DNA of 64,000 nt, from the NCBI GenBank assembly GCA_963711565.1, contig CAVQEQ010000001.1, positions 768,001 through 832,000 of the forward strand, given 5' to 3'. The notes under the pieces were generated by a model, which searched no databases, was not told the origin of the DNA, and was given only the letters and a program-made list of their open reading frames with translations. The stretch comes from an uncultured delta proteobacterium (lineage in GTDB: Bacteria > Desulfobacterota > Binatia > Binatales > Binataceae). Positions 21,706 to 31,882 of the stretch are shown one piece after another. How positions within the stretch are numbered: the first letter of the stretch is position 1; each line of letters begins with the position of its first letter. The position numbers and the translations under genes were made by a program.

Positions 21706-22407
21706 AAGCGGAAGAAACTGACGATCTTCTTCTCGGACATCGCCAATTTCACCGAGACCACAGACAGTCTCGAATCCGAGGAACTGACAAACCTGCTCAA
21801 TCAATATCTGACGGAAATGTCCAAGATCGCCGTGAGCCACGGTACTACGATCGACAAGTACGTGGGGGACGCGATCATCGGGTTCTTCGGCGATCCGGCG
21901 AGTCGGGGCAGCAAGGAAGACGCCATCACCTGCGTAAAGATGTCGATCGCCATGCAGCGACGGATGCGCGAGCTCCAGCTTAAGTGGCTGGATCTGGGTT
22001 CATAAAAACCGTTCCAGCTGCGCATCGGGATTAACACGGGCTTCTGTACTGTTGGCAATTTCGGTAGCGAGGACCGGATGGACTATACCATCATTGGCAA
22101 CGAGGTAAATCTGGCCGCGCGGTTGCAGTCCCATGCTGATCTCGGCGGAATCCTAGTCACTCACGAAACGTCGTCCCTAATCAAGGATACGATCCTGACC
22201 GAGGAGCAGGAGGCGGTTACCGTAAAAGGCTTCGCCCAGCAGGTACGGGCTTACCGAGTCGTCGGCATCTATGACGAGTTGGAAAAGGAGGGCCGGATCA
22301 TTCGAGAAGAGCGCGACGGCTTTCGGCTGCTAGTCAACCTGTCCAAGGGCGATCAGGCCGCGGCTATCGCGGCCGTCGAAAATGTCCTTGCCCGGTTGAA
22401 GGGTTGA
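21706..22407 (+). pseudogene. Class III adenylate cyclase catalytic domain, 5'-truncated with internal stop
   Basis: LTIFFSDIANFT, DKYVGDA, TAA at 22003-22005, RIGINTG..TVGNFGSEDRMDYTIIGNEVNLAARL, VKG. Confidence 0.85.
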
Positions 22408-22736
22408 TCGGTTTTTCTGGAGGGACCGGAATCCCGACGTTCCGAAGTGACCGCTCGGATTGAGGTAGTCAAGATGCTCGACCTATCATCATCCTGGATG
22501 GCTTCCTGACCTCGCTCGCTCTGAATCTGCTAGTGCTCCCGAGCTTAGCCCTTTGCTAGTGACACTTGCCCAGAACGCGTAGAGTTTTTCATTGATATCG
22601 AAGTCGCGCGCAACCGCAGATTCCAACGGCATATAAATAAAAAATCTCCGGCTAACTAAAAGCTCCGCCATGAATGTCATTCTTTCATCCGGACAACTCC
22701 GGCATGAGTACAGCGTGAATCCAAATCACTCGCTGG

Positions 22737-22978
22737 AGCGTGGTGGCGATACTTTTCCTCCTATGCCGGAGGTAATCGCGAGCTGCGCATCATCGACCGT
22801 CAGTCCGTAGCGCGCGGCAGCATCGCGCTCGACAACGACGTTGACGTAAAAGCCTTGGGACACCCATTCCGCTAATACTCCTCGCGTTCCTTCCACCCGG
22901 GTCAGGTCTCCTCAATTTCGGAACCGATCCGTTGGATTTCGTTCATGACTGGCCCCTGCACCTTAATGCTCACGCCTT
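22737..22978 (-). pseudogene. Internal fragment of a cusA-like paralog
   Basis: Reads IKVQGP..IQRIGSEIEE..GTRGVLAEWVSQGFYVNVVVERDAAARYGLTVDDAQLAITSGIGG, matching the cusA segment at ~25960-26180. Confidence 0.75.
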
Positions 22979-23285
22979 GTTGGCTACTGATACTGGCCTG
23001 CCGAGGGTCGTTTAGAAGTAACTTATTGAAAAGATGAGCATCGATGGCTAACAAAACACTCAAAAGCAGTGGAAAGCAGTGGTAGGAAATCCTTCAGCAC
23101 CCTCCTCAGCACCCTCGAGTTCCCTACCCCGACCTCCGCCCTACAACGGCAAAGGTCTGGCAAAGCGCCTGTTGGTCTCGAAAGTCACGACCGGGGCTGG
23201 ATGAGTGAATTGTTCTGTTATCAATACTCGAAATCCAACTTTGCGTTCGAGCGTGTTAGGTTAACGAGCCTCTGCTCATGCCGCT

Positions 23286-24272
23286 TCACCTGTGCCCGTA
23301 ATCCGTGAAAACGTAATCTTTTGTCTTCACTGCCGTGTGGCACGCGAACCCGCACTTGGCGTCGTTCCCCTGGGGTGGCTTGTCCGTTAAGTTGCCTAGC
23401 CTGAACTTATCGGAGGCGGGTTGATACTCGAAGACGCCGTAACCCCATCCGCCGCTGTCCCGGAACCTCTTGCTGTCCTTCACCATCAAATCAACGTCAT
23501 GCTGGGTGCCTGGCACCGTCGGCCCACCGGGTTCGCCGACATTCACTTTCGCGTTCCAATGGACCTTCGCCATCTTGGCGCCATCCGGAAAGGGCTTGCC
23601 GTTACCGGGAATGCCCGCCTTATAGGCGTCGATCATCACAGGATTCCCGAGGATCGCCGCGAGCTTATCTCCGTTATGGCTGAGGGAGATCACCGGCCAG
23701 CTTTCGTATCCTCTGAACTCAGAGAACGCGAGGCCATTCGGTATTTTGAGGGCGTACTTGTCCTGCGCGGAAACGGCGGCTTGTCCCTCTGACGGGGCTG
23801 CTGTGGACGCGGAGGCAGCGTTGAGGCGGGGAAGGTTGTGGATGAAACGTGCAAGCTTCCAGGTATCGTTATCGGAGATGCTCGACTTCCAGGCAGGCAT
23901 GCCTGTGAGGCGAACTCCGTTCTGTATGATCCAGAACAGTTCCGCATCGCTCCAGTGCTGCACGTGGGATGAGCTCAGGTCCATGGCAGGCGGGTACATG
24001 TTGCGCCCAACGTACGTGTCTCCGCGCGCATCTGCACCGTGGCACTGGGCGCAAGACCCAAGAAACACTTCCTGTCCCTGGCTCACGACCTCATCCGTCT
24101 CAGGCAGCGGGTTCTTCATCTTCCCTGCTTCCAATGGAATGATAACGTCTTTAGCCGCGTTGGCCAGGCTGGTTTCCTCTCGGGAAGGCTGTTTGCCCGC
24201 TTTGCAACCTAGCAGCAAAGCGCCGAGCATTGCACCGATCACGCCAAGCATCAGCTTGTGTTTTAGCGCCAC
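23286..24272 (-). CDS. Lipoprotein diheme fusion: class I cytochrome c plus cytochrome P460/c'-beta domain
   Basis: Lipobox-like LLLGC; CAQCH...GVRLTGMPAW; FRGYESW, FPDGAKMAK, MVKDSKRF..SGGWGY, CGFACH..DYVFT. Confidence 0.85.
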   Translation of the reverse strand: MALKHKLMLGVIGAMLGALLLGCKAGKQPSREETSLANAAKDVIIPLEAGKMKNPLPETDEVVSQGQEVFLGSCAQCHGADARGDTYVGRNMYPPAMDLSSSHVQHWSDAELFWIIQNGVRLTGMPAWKSSISDNDTWKLARFIHNLPRLNAASASTAAPSEGQAAVSAQDKYALKIPNGLAFSEFRGYESWPVISLSHNGDKLAAILGNPVMIDAYKAGIPGNGKPFPDGAKMAKVHWNAKVNVGEPGGPTVPGTQHDVDLMVKDSKRFRDSGGWGYGVFEYQPASDKFRLGNLTDKPPQGNDAKCGFACHTAVKTKDYVFTDYGHR

Positions 24273-24433
24273 GTTGCGATCGCCTCCGCGCCACCCGCCA
24301 ATCTACGGCAGCCCACAAATTCCCTCATAGGTTCAGGCGTGGTGTGTTCTCCTTCACAAAGAAAATCTTCTAAGTTCGATCCAGCGTGTGTCACCCCCTG
24401 GGAGCTTCTGATGTCCCTAGAACCAGAATGCGG

Positions 24434-25045
24434 GGTGGTCTACTTTTACTCCACCACGTCACGCCGTTAACGCGGCGGGATGTGGTCTATTTTTACTCCG
24501 GCGCTCATAATCTTTGGAAGAGGACCTTTCATCTGTTGGCTCTTGGCGATAACGGAAAGGTGTCAACCACCGGAGTGAAAGTACATCAGCGCATCACAGT
24601 AAAAATTCATCATCAACCGGAAGAGGATGGCTATGGAGTTAGTGGCCTCTGGAAGGGGAAGCAACCGTCTCAGTAGTCAAGTGCGAGCAGCGGTTTTAAC
24701 GGCGTTGCCGCAGTTTTAGGCTGGACAGGTATTCCGGCCGTCGGCCTGTAAGGGCAACGCCTTTTGGTCTTCAACTGTTGAAACACATCCATCCCGGACT
24801 TTCCTCGGCGGCCTCCAGATTCGGTTGAGAGGCCGCCGGGAAAAGTGCTTATTTACGGGCAACGGCGGCCGCCAACCCGTTCCCTGATGAAGCATCGCGT
24901 TGAGGATCATGACCAACTTGTGCTGACGGGGAACACTTTTCCTTATCCCAACACCCTCTACGAATCGAGGTCAACTTCAAACCGCCAAGTTGACGTTGGA
25001 GGCGCAGCAGACGCTTCTCATCGTGCGCTTTACACGCCCCGCATG
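24434..25045. mobile_element. IS21 relics: two right-end-like termini back to back plus an istB fragment
   Basis: TTTTACTCCGGCGCTCA at ~24491-24507; TGTCAACCACCGGAGTGAAAGTACATCAG at 24561; minus-strand AHDEKRLLRLQRQLGGLK matches istB. Confidence 0.7.
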
Positions 25046-25072
25046 AGCGGGCATAAGAACAATAGTGGGTTT

Positions 25073-28000
25073 TTAGCTTTCTGTAGCTGGCGTGTGTTTG
25101 CGAAGCTCTCGTTCTTTCATGATCGCAAAGAACACTGGCACCAGTATGAGAACGTGAATCGTCGAGGTGATCATGCCACCTACTATTGGCGCCGCGATTG
25201 GCTTCATCACGTCGGAGCCGATGCCGCTCTCCCATAGAATTGGCGCGAGGCTGAGCATCACGACAGCGACCGTCATCAGCTTCGGTCGAAGCCGTTGCAC
25301 TGCACCCTCGATGACCGCTGCCTCGACGCCTTCATGCGTGAGCTCGCCGGCGGCGATGTGACGATTCAGAGCTTCGTGAAGATAGATCACCATGACGACG
25401 CCGGTCTCCACTGCGATCCCGAAGAGCGCGATGTATCCAACCCACACGGCGACGCTGAAGTTGAAGCCCATCATGTACTGAAGCAGGAGGCCGCCGGTCA
25501 TCGCATACACAGTCGGAAGGATCAGCACGATCGACTCGGTCACCGACTGGAAGAGCATGTAGAGCAAGACGAAGATCAGAAGGAAAACGATCGGCAGGAT
25601 GACCGTCAGGCGCTTTCGCGCGCGCAACTGGAACTCGTACTCTCCCGACCATTTCAGCGTGTAACCAGCTGCCAGATGCAGCTGTTGATCGAGAACGCGC
25701 TGCGCGTTGTCAACGTAGCTGCCGTAGTCCGAAGTCGAGAGGTCAACATAGACGTAGCCGGTCAGCAGCCCGTCTTCGTCGCGTATCATTGAAGGACCTG
25801 GACTCAAGGTGATGCGCGCGACTTCGCCGAGCGGAATCTGTGCTCCGGTCGGAGTCATGATCAGTATTCGACGAAGCGCGTTCAGGTCGTTCCGGTAATC
25901 CGCCAGATAACGAACGTTGATCGAGTAGCGCTCGCGTCCTTCGACGGTAGTCGCGATATTCTCACCGCCCATGCCCGAGCTGACGGCGCGTTGAACGTCC
26001 CCGACCGTGAGGCCATACCTAGCGGCGACTGCGCGGTCGACATCAACGTTGATGTAAAAGCCTTGAGAGACTCGTTCGGCGAAAATCCCTCTCGTGCCCG
26101 GTACGGAACCGAGTATCTCTTCGATCTGAGAGCCAATCTGCTGAATCCGATCGACGTCGGGACCCTGAATCTTGAGTCCTACCGGAGTCTTTATTCCGGT
26201 CAGCTCCATGTCGAGCCGATTCTCGACCGGCATCGTCCAGGAGTTCGACAGACCGGGAAAGTGCAGGCGGGCGTCCATTTCCGCGATCAGGGAATCGTAG
26301 GTCACGCCCTTTCGCCATTGGTCGCGAGGCTTGAGCATGATCGTCGTGTCGTACATGTCGAGCGGTGCGTTGTCGGTTGCGCTGTCTGACCGTCCAACAC
26401 TGCCGAACACACTCTCGACCTCCGGAAACGTGCGGATGATCTGATCCTGCTTCTGCATCAGATCGACCGCCGACGAGATGGAAATTCCGGGGAGAGCAGT
26501 CGGCATGTAAAGACTCGACCCCTCATATAGAGGTGGCATGAACTGGCTGCCGATCTTGAACAACAGCGGAATCGTGAGCAGCAGGAAAATCAGGTTGGCC
26601 ACGATCGTCAGAGCACGATGGCGCAGGCACCATCGAATCACTGGCAAATAAATCGCCTGGAAGAAGCGCGAGATCGGGTTGTCTTCCTCGGGCCGCAGAC
26701 GTTTGCCGCGAATGAACAGCACCATCAGCACCGGAACCACCGTGATCGCAAGAACTGAGGAGAAGGCAATCGCGAACGACTTGGTGTAAGCCAGCGGCCG
26801 GAACATTCGCCCTTCCTGCGATTCGAGCAGGAACACCGGCATGAACGAGACGACAATAATAATCAGCGAGAAGAAGATCGGCCTACCGACCTGTTTCGCG
26901 GCCGACAACAGGATTCGCTGCCGTTCAGGTTCGGAAACTGACTCGCCGCTCAGCGACGCCTGGTGCTGCGCCTCCGACAGGTGCCGGTACCCGTTCTCGA
27001 CCATTACGATCGAAGCGTCGACGAGCACACCTATTGCCAGCGCCAACCCGCCCAGCGACATGATGTTCGAGCTGATCTGCAGATAGTACATCGGGATAAA
27101 AGTCGCGATTACCGCAATCGGCAGAGCAAGAATCGGGATGAACGCCGAACGCAGGTGAAAGAGGAAAATGATGATGACGAGGCTGACGATGATCGCTTCT
27201 TCGATCAGATCTCGTTTCAGGGTATTGATGGATGCCTGGATGAGTCCCGATCGATCGTAGCCGGCGACGATTTCGACACCGCGCGGAAGCGTCTTTTGAA
27301 TCTGAGCGAGTTGATGTTTGACGCCGTCGATGACGGTGAGGGCATTCTGACCGTAGCGCATCACGACAATGCCGCCGACCGTTTCCCCGTCACCGTTCCA
27401 TTCAGCGGCGCCTTCTCGAAGATCGGGTCCAAGGCTGACCACGCCCAAGTCCCTTATCAGCACCGGCGTGCCGTTGTTGGTAGCGACGGAGATTTGTTCG
27501 AGGTCTGACACCGAATGGACATAGCCCAGGCCGCGGATCATGTAGTCAGCGCCCGACATCTCGAGCACGCGCCCGCCGACCTCGCCGTTGCTGTCGCGGA
27601 TTTTGTCGATCACCGTTTCGAGCGGGACTTTGAGCGCCAGCAACCGATTTGGATCGAGCTTGACCTGGTACTGCTTTACGAAGCCGCCGATGCTGGCGAC
27701 CTCCGAAACGCCGGGCACGGTCTCGAGCGCATAGCGGACATTCCAGTCCTGCAAGCTGCGGAGATCGGCGAGACTGTGAGTATGACTCTTGTCGACGAGC
27801 GCATATTCGTACACCCAGCCCGCGCCGGTCGCATCGGGGCCGATCATTGGATTCACGCCGGCCGGAAGCTTGCCTGTAATTTGCTCCAGGTATTCCAGCA
27901 CGCGACTGCGGGCCCAGTAGATGTCGGTGCCATCTTCGAACACAACGAACACATACGAATCGTTGGGCATCGTCTGCGCGCGGACGGCCTTCACGTGCGG

Positions 28001-28228
28001 AGCCGCAAGCATCGCGGTCACAATGGGATAGGTCACCTGGTCCTCGATCAGATTGGGCGGCTGTCCCATCCATTCGGTATGGATGATCACCTGGACGTCG
28101 GAGATATCAGGCAGCGCGTCGAGTGGGATTCGATCGAACGACCAGACGCCGGCGAGTACGAGAGCCAGCACGCCGAAGAACAGGATGAAGCGGTTCGCGT
28201 TACACCAGTCGATAGCTCTTTCGATCAT
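25073..28228 (-). CDS. cusA: CusA-type heavy-metal efflux RND permease
   Basis: LDALPDISDVQV, GPDATG.GWVYEY, NIMSLGGLALAIGVLVD, GSQFMPPL.EG..LYMP, RLDM..TG, RLRPKLMT, GSDVMKPIA. Confidence 0.92.
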   Translation of the reverse strand: MIERAIDWCNANRFILFFGVLALVLAGVWSFDRIPLDALPDISDVQVIIHTEWMGQPPNLIEDQVTYPIVTAMLAAPHVKAVRAQTMPNDSYVFVVFEDGTDIYWARSRVLEYLEQITGKLPAGVNPMIGPDATGAGWVYEYALVDKSHTHSLADLRSLQDWNVRYALETVPGVSEVASIGGFVKQYQVKLDPNRLLALKVPLETVIDKIRDSNGEVGGRVLEMSGADYMIRGLGYVHSVSDLEQISVATNNGTPVLIRDLGVVSLGPDLREGAAEWNGDGETVGGIVVMRYGQNALTVIDGVKHQLAQIQKTLPRGVEIVAGYDRSGLIQASINTLKRDLIEEAIIVSLVIIIFLFHLRSAFIPILALPIAVIATFIPMYYLQISSNIMSLGGLALAIGVLVDASIVMVENGYRHLSEAQHQASLSGESVSEPERQRILLSAAKQVGRPIFFSLIIIVVSFMPVFLLESQEGRMFRPLAYTKSFAIAFSSVLAITVVPVLMVLFIRGKRLRPEEDNPISRFFQAIYLPVIRWCLRHRALTIVANLIFLLLTIPLLFKIGSQFMPPLYEGSSLYMPTALPGISISSAVDLMQKQDQIIRTFPEVESVFGSVGRSDSATDNAPLDMYDTTIMLKPRDQWRKGVTYDSLIAEMDARLHFPGLSNSWTMPVENRLDMELTGIKTPVGLKIQGPDVDRIQQIGSQIEEILGSVPGTRGIFAERVSQGFYINVDVDRAVAARYGLTVGDVQRAVSSGMGGENIATTVEGRERYSINVRYLADYRNDLNALRRILIMTPTGAQIPLGEVARITLSPGPSMIRDEDGLLTGYVYVDLSTSDYGSYVDNAQRVLDQQLHLAAGYTLKWSGEYEFQLRARKRLTVILPIVFLLIFVLLYMLFQSVTESIVLILPTVYAMTGGLLLQYMMGFNFSVAVWVGYIALFGIAVETGVVMVIYLHEALNRHIAAGELTHEGVEAAVIEGAVQRLRPKLMTVAVVMLSLAPILWESGIGSDVMKPIAAPIVGGMITSTIHVLILVPVFFAIMKERELRKHTPATES

Positions 28229-28237
28229 GATCGTTCC

Positions 28238-29713
28238 TCACATCGCCATCGAGCCGCTGGCTGACACTTCCACCTGCTTCGTCGCGATAGTATCGCCGCC
28301 CTTCGACGCGGTGATCGTCAGGCTCCACGTGCCACCGCTGGGTAGTTCGATGTCCGCGGTGTATGTGCCGTTGCGCTGATTAACCGCGGCGCCTTGCGCA
28401 CGCATCGCCGCCATTCCCATCGCCGGCATCGCTGCCATGTAGAAGGAGACCGTCACTTGCGCCCCTGAGATCGGCGCGCCTTTGGAGTCGCGGAGCGTCA
28501 CGACCACTTTGTTGTGACCTCGCGCGAGAGGATTGAGGTCGCTCGTGAAATCGATGCTTGCCTGGGGAACAGCCTCCGCTGCTTGTCCAAGTGCATTGGC
28601 GCCGACACCCGGCGGAGGCGGTACAAACGCTCCCGCGGCGGCTTGGAGCTGGCTTTCCGAATCGATCAAGAAGTTGGCCGAGCTCACGATCTGCTGACCC
28701 GGCGCAAGTCCCTTGAGCACAATGAATTCGTCACCGACGTGCTGCCCCAATTCGATCTCGGCGGGAGTCAGATACCCATCTCCGCGATTGATGAAAGCCA
28801 CGTTGTGCCTGCCCGTGCGCAAGACGGCGGTGTCGGGAATCACAGTTTGCTCGCCCATCGGGAGGTCGAGCGCGACATGCGCGAACATTCCCGGAAGAAG
28901 CTGGCCTTTGGGGTTGTTGAACTCGCATCGGACCTTGACGGTGCGAGTCATCGGATCGATCTGCGGTTGGATGAAATCGACGCGGCCATCGAAATTCGTT
29001 CCCGGATAGGCGTCGACGGTGACCGTTGCAGGATCGTCGGGATGGACCTTGCCGATTTCGTCCTGAAAAACGGCGGCGTAGATCCACACTTTCGACAGAT
29101 CTGTGATCGTGAACAGTCGGGTATCTGGCTGCACGTACATGTTGGGCAGCGCATTGCGCTCGACGACGTATCCGCTCATGGGCGAGTCGATCTCGACGGC
29201 GTGGCGGACAGTGCGCTCGCGTTCCAACCGTGCGATCTCGCGCGGCGACACTCCCCAGAGCTTGAGACGTTCCGCGGCAGAGTCGACCAACGATGATGCG
29301 TCGGTGGTCACGTCGCCAACCGGGCTGTCGCTCACACGCTTGCGGGCATCCAGGGCGAGCAGATATTCGTTCTCGGTGCTCACCAGGTCCGGGCTGTAAA
29401 TCGTAAACAACGGCTGGCCTCGGTGTACGTATTGATAGGTCGAATTCGCGAACACCTGCTCGATCCATCCGGCAAAACGCGTCTGCACGTAGCCCTGGAG
29501 ACGTTCGTCAGCTTCGATGTTCCCGGTGGTCTCCAGACGATCGCTCACGTCCTTTCGCATGACGGTAGCGAATTTGAGTCCGATCAATTGCCGACGCTCA
29601 GGCGTGATCCGGATTGGCGCGAGCTGGGAATCGGCTCCGTGCGCTATTGGCGCGGCAAGAGTTAGGACGAGTGCCAGCATGCAAAGTCGCCAACTTAGAG
29701 AGTTGCAATTCAT
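28238..29713 (-). CDS. cusB: CusB-type RND periplasmic adaptor with C-terminal Met-rich YtkA/FixH-like domain
   Basis: GWIEQV, GQPLFTIYSPDL, DLSKVWI, LLPGMF, ANFLIDSESQL; C-terminal YMAAMPAMGMAAM..GTW. Confidence 0.85.
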   Translation of the reverse strand: MNCNSLSWRLCMLALVLTLAAPIAHGADSQLAPIRITPERRQLIGLKFATVMRKDVSDRLETTGNIEADERLQGYVQTRFAGWIEQVFANSTYQYVHRGQPLFTIYSPDLVSTENEYLLALDARKRVSDSPVGDVTTDASSLVDSAAERLKLWGVSPREIARLERERTVRHAVEIDSPMSGYVVERNALPNMYVQPDTRLFTITDLSKVWIYAAVFQDEIGKVHPDDPATVTVDAYPGTNFDGRVDFIQPQIDPMTRTVKVRCEFNNPKGQLLPGMFAHVALDLPMGEQTVIPDTAVLRTGRHNVAFINRGDGYLTPAEIELGQHVGDEFIVLKGLAPGQQIVSSANFLIDSESQLQAAAGAFVPPPPGVGANALGQAAEAVPQASIDFTSDLNPLARGHNKVVVTLRDSKGAPISGAQVTVSFYMAAMPAMGMAAMRAQGAAVNQRNGTYTADIELPSGGTWSLTITASKGGDTIATKQVEVSASGSMAM

Positions 29714-31095
29714 CTTCGGTCACCGATTACTTGCTGAAGTTTTGCGATCGCGATCTCGTGGTCGGCGAGACTGCGGTAGTACTCTTGCCGAAGGTTCTGT
29801 AAATCGAGAACCGACGAGAGCAGCGTCTGGAAATCGACCTTGCCGACTCGATACGCAGCCATCGCCGAGGCCTGCGAAGATTCGGCCTGCGGAATCAGAC
29901 CGTCGCGATAGATCGACATGATCCGTTCCGCAGTGCGCATCGCAACCAAGCTGCTTTCCGCATCGGAGGAGACTTGCAGTTGAGTAGCCTGGGTCTGCTC
30001 GCGCGCGGACTCGGCTTCAAGCGCGGCCTGCTCAATCGCGGGTGTTTGCTTGCGCCAGAAATAGAGCGGAACCTTCGCGCCCAGATTCAGCATGTAATAG
30101 TCGCGGAATCCGGAGCCGGTCTTTTCGTACGAATAACCGACGGTGAAGTCCGGCCAGTATCCCTGATGCGCAAGCTTCAACGCTTCCGCGCTGCGCGCTT
30201 CCATCGCGCGATCCGCTGCGAGGTCGGGTGAACCGCTGCCTGCTAGCTCGGCAAGCTGAGATGAATCGAGTTGCAGGTGAGTCACTTCGATGTCGGCGAT
30301 TTCGATATTTCGCGAGTCTGGGTCGCGACCGAGTAGCTGCTTGAGTTCGAGTTGCTCCTGATCCTCCTCTTGATGGTGCATCGCGTGCTCCTTCAGGATC
30401 TCGGTGGTCTGAAGCTGAGCCTTGATCAGGTCCTGCTGCAGACCCTGACCCACGCGATACCTCGTTTCGGCGATCTGTTGGATCTGCTGGAGCTCGTCCT
30501 GATTGCGATCGAGAATGGTCAGTGTCTCTCGGTGATAGAACAGCTCGAAGTAGATCTCCTTGACCTTTTCCTCGACCTCGCGCTCCGCAGCTTCGTAGCG
30601 ATGCTTGGCGAACTCGGCGTCCTTTTCCGCCTCGGACCGCTGCAGACGAAGTTTGCCGGGACCCGGAACATCCTGCGAGACGCCGAAGCCGGTGTAATAG
30701 AAGTCGCTGCTCTCATAGCCCGAGAACGGTTGCGGACTTCCGACCGTGAAATGCTGCAGCGAGACCTCCGGATCGGGCAGCGTCGCGGCCTGGATCGGCA
30801 CTTTCGTCTGAGCCTGCCAGTGGCTCCGTGCCGAAAGCACGACCGGGCTATGGGAAAGAGCCTCATCTACCAGCGCTCTCAGTTGATCCGAACTGGCGGG
30901 TGTTTCAATTGCCTGAGCGCCAATATCCCGTGCGTTTCCTGATAGCGGAATCCCGGCCAGAATAGTGCCCGCGATCACAATTGCGATTACGTTTCGCGCC
31001 GCGATGCGGCGAATGCTTGCTGATGGCTTCACAAACTCTAACCTTCCAGCCGCGATTGATCGCAGCGCGGCTGCGTCTGCGCGGGTTGAGGACAT
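29710..31095 (-). CDS. TolC/CusC-family outer membrane efflux protein
   Basis: LPDP, PGPGKL, YRVGQG.QQD..KAQ, WPDF, YRVGKVDF; overlaps the cusB start. Confidence 0.88.
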   Translation of the reverse strand: MSSTRADAAALRSIAAGRLEFVKPSASIRRIAARNVIAIVIAGTILAGIPLSGNARDIGAQAIETPASSDQLRALVDEALSHSPVVLSARSHWQAQTKVPIQAATLPDPEVSLQHFTVGSPQPFSGYESSDFYYTGFGVSQDVPGPGKLRLQRSEAEKDAEFAKHRYEAAEREVEEKVKEIYFELFYHRETLTILDRNQDELQQIQQIAETRYRVGQGLQQDLIKAQLQTTEILKEHAMHHQEEDQEQLELKQLLGRDPDSRNIEIADIEVTHLQLDSSQLAELAGSGSPDLAADRAMEARSAEALKLAHQGYWPDFTVGYSYEKTGSGFRDYYMLNLGAKVPLYFWRKQTPAIEQAALEAESAREQTQATQLQVSSDAESSLVAMRTAERIMSIYRDGLIPQAESSQASAMAAYRVGKVDFQTLLSSVLDLQNLRQEYYRSLADHEIAIAKLQQVIGDRR

Positions 31096-31212
31096 TCGTC
31101 TTTTTCCGCCGATCGTATCGGTGGATTTCTTTTCGGATTGTCGCGAGCGGCGCGCGAGCGCCTACGACGGATGCTAGGCATCCGCGCTTCAACTCACACG
31201 CTTAGGAACGGC

Positions 31213-31542
31213 TCAGATTTGACGGGAACAGAGAACTGCTAACGAAGCGAGGCGGTCGGGCGGCGAGTACCCGCGAGCGACGATGGTGTTATGCAAGTGC
31301 GAAATCGCGACTGTCACCGCGGCTACGGGCATACTCCCGATCGAATCGAAATGTTGCGCATCTCGCGCTTGATTGATCGCTCGATCCGGCGCAACCGGCT
31401 TTGCGCAGCAGCTCAAATTCATCGGAGGGTTGCTCGAACAATTCGGGCCGCAACACGCCGTCATGGAGCACGCCATCGCGGAAGGAGTGTTCAAGCTAAT
31501 CGGGAGTAGGAGAGCGAAGATGAATATGGCGAGGAAGCGCAC
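31213..31542 (-). CDS. Small Cys-rich exported protein upstream of the metal efflux operon
   Basis: Hydrophobic N-terminus, ACSMTACCGPNC..SCC, C-terminal SPP...LCSRQI; GTG start at 31542 inferred. Confidence 0.55.
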   Translation of the reverse strand: MRFLAIFIFALLLPISLNTPSAMACSMTACCGPNCSSNPPMNLSCCAKPVAPDRAINQARDAQHFDSIGSMPVAAVTVAISHLHNTIVARGYSPPDRLASLAVLCSRQI

Positions 31543-31705
31543 GACGCATACCCTAGCCCGACTGCACCGAACGGGCAATGACGCGAAATGATTCGAAAAG
31601 ACATTTCTCCGCACTATATTGCCAGGCGCATATCGTTCCCTAGAGAGCAATTTGTGCGGGACCAGATAGGGCCGAGCTTTTGCAGGCGACGAACGGAATC
31701 AATCT

Positions 31706-31855
31706 GCGGATTTCCAGTGCCAGTAGGCGCGGAACAGACGTCGGTGCCAGCGGATCACGGTCTCCGGCTGGACGATGATGATCGCCCTTTAGCAGCGACG
31801 GATGCAGTCGATGCAGCCATACCATCAGCAAGCGATCGATGTTCAACAGTCTCAC
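31706..31855 (-). pseudogene. Transposase/integrase-core family N-terminal fragment
   Basis: DRLLMVWLHRL..; frameshift; IIIVQPETVIRWHR..FRAYWHWKS. Confidence 0.65.
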
Positions 31856-31882
31856 CCCCCGTCGGGGACTTGCGTCGCGGAG

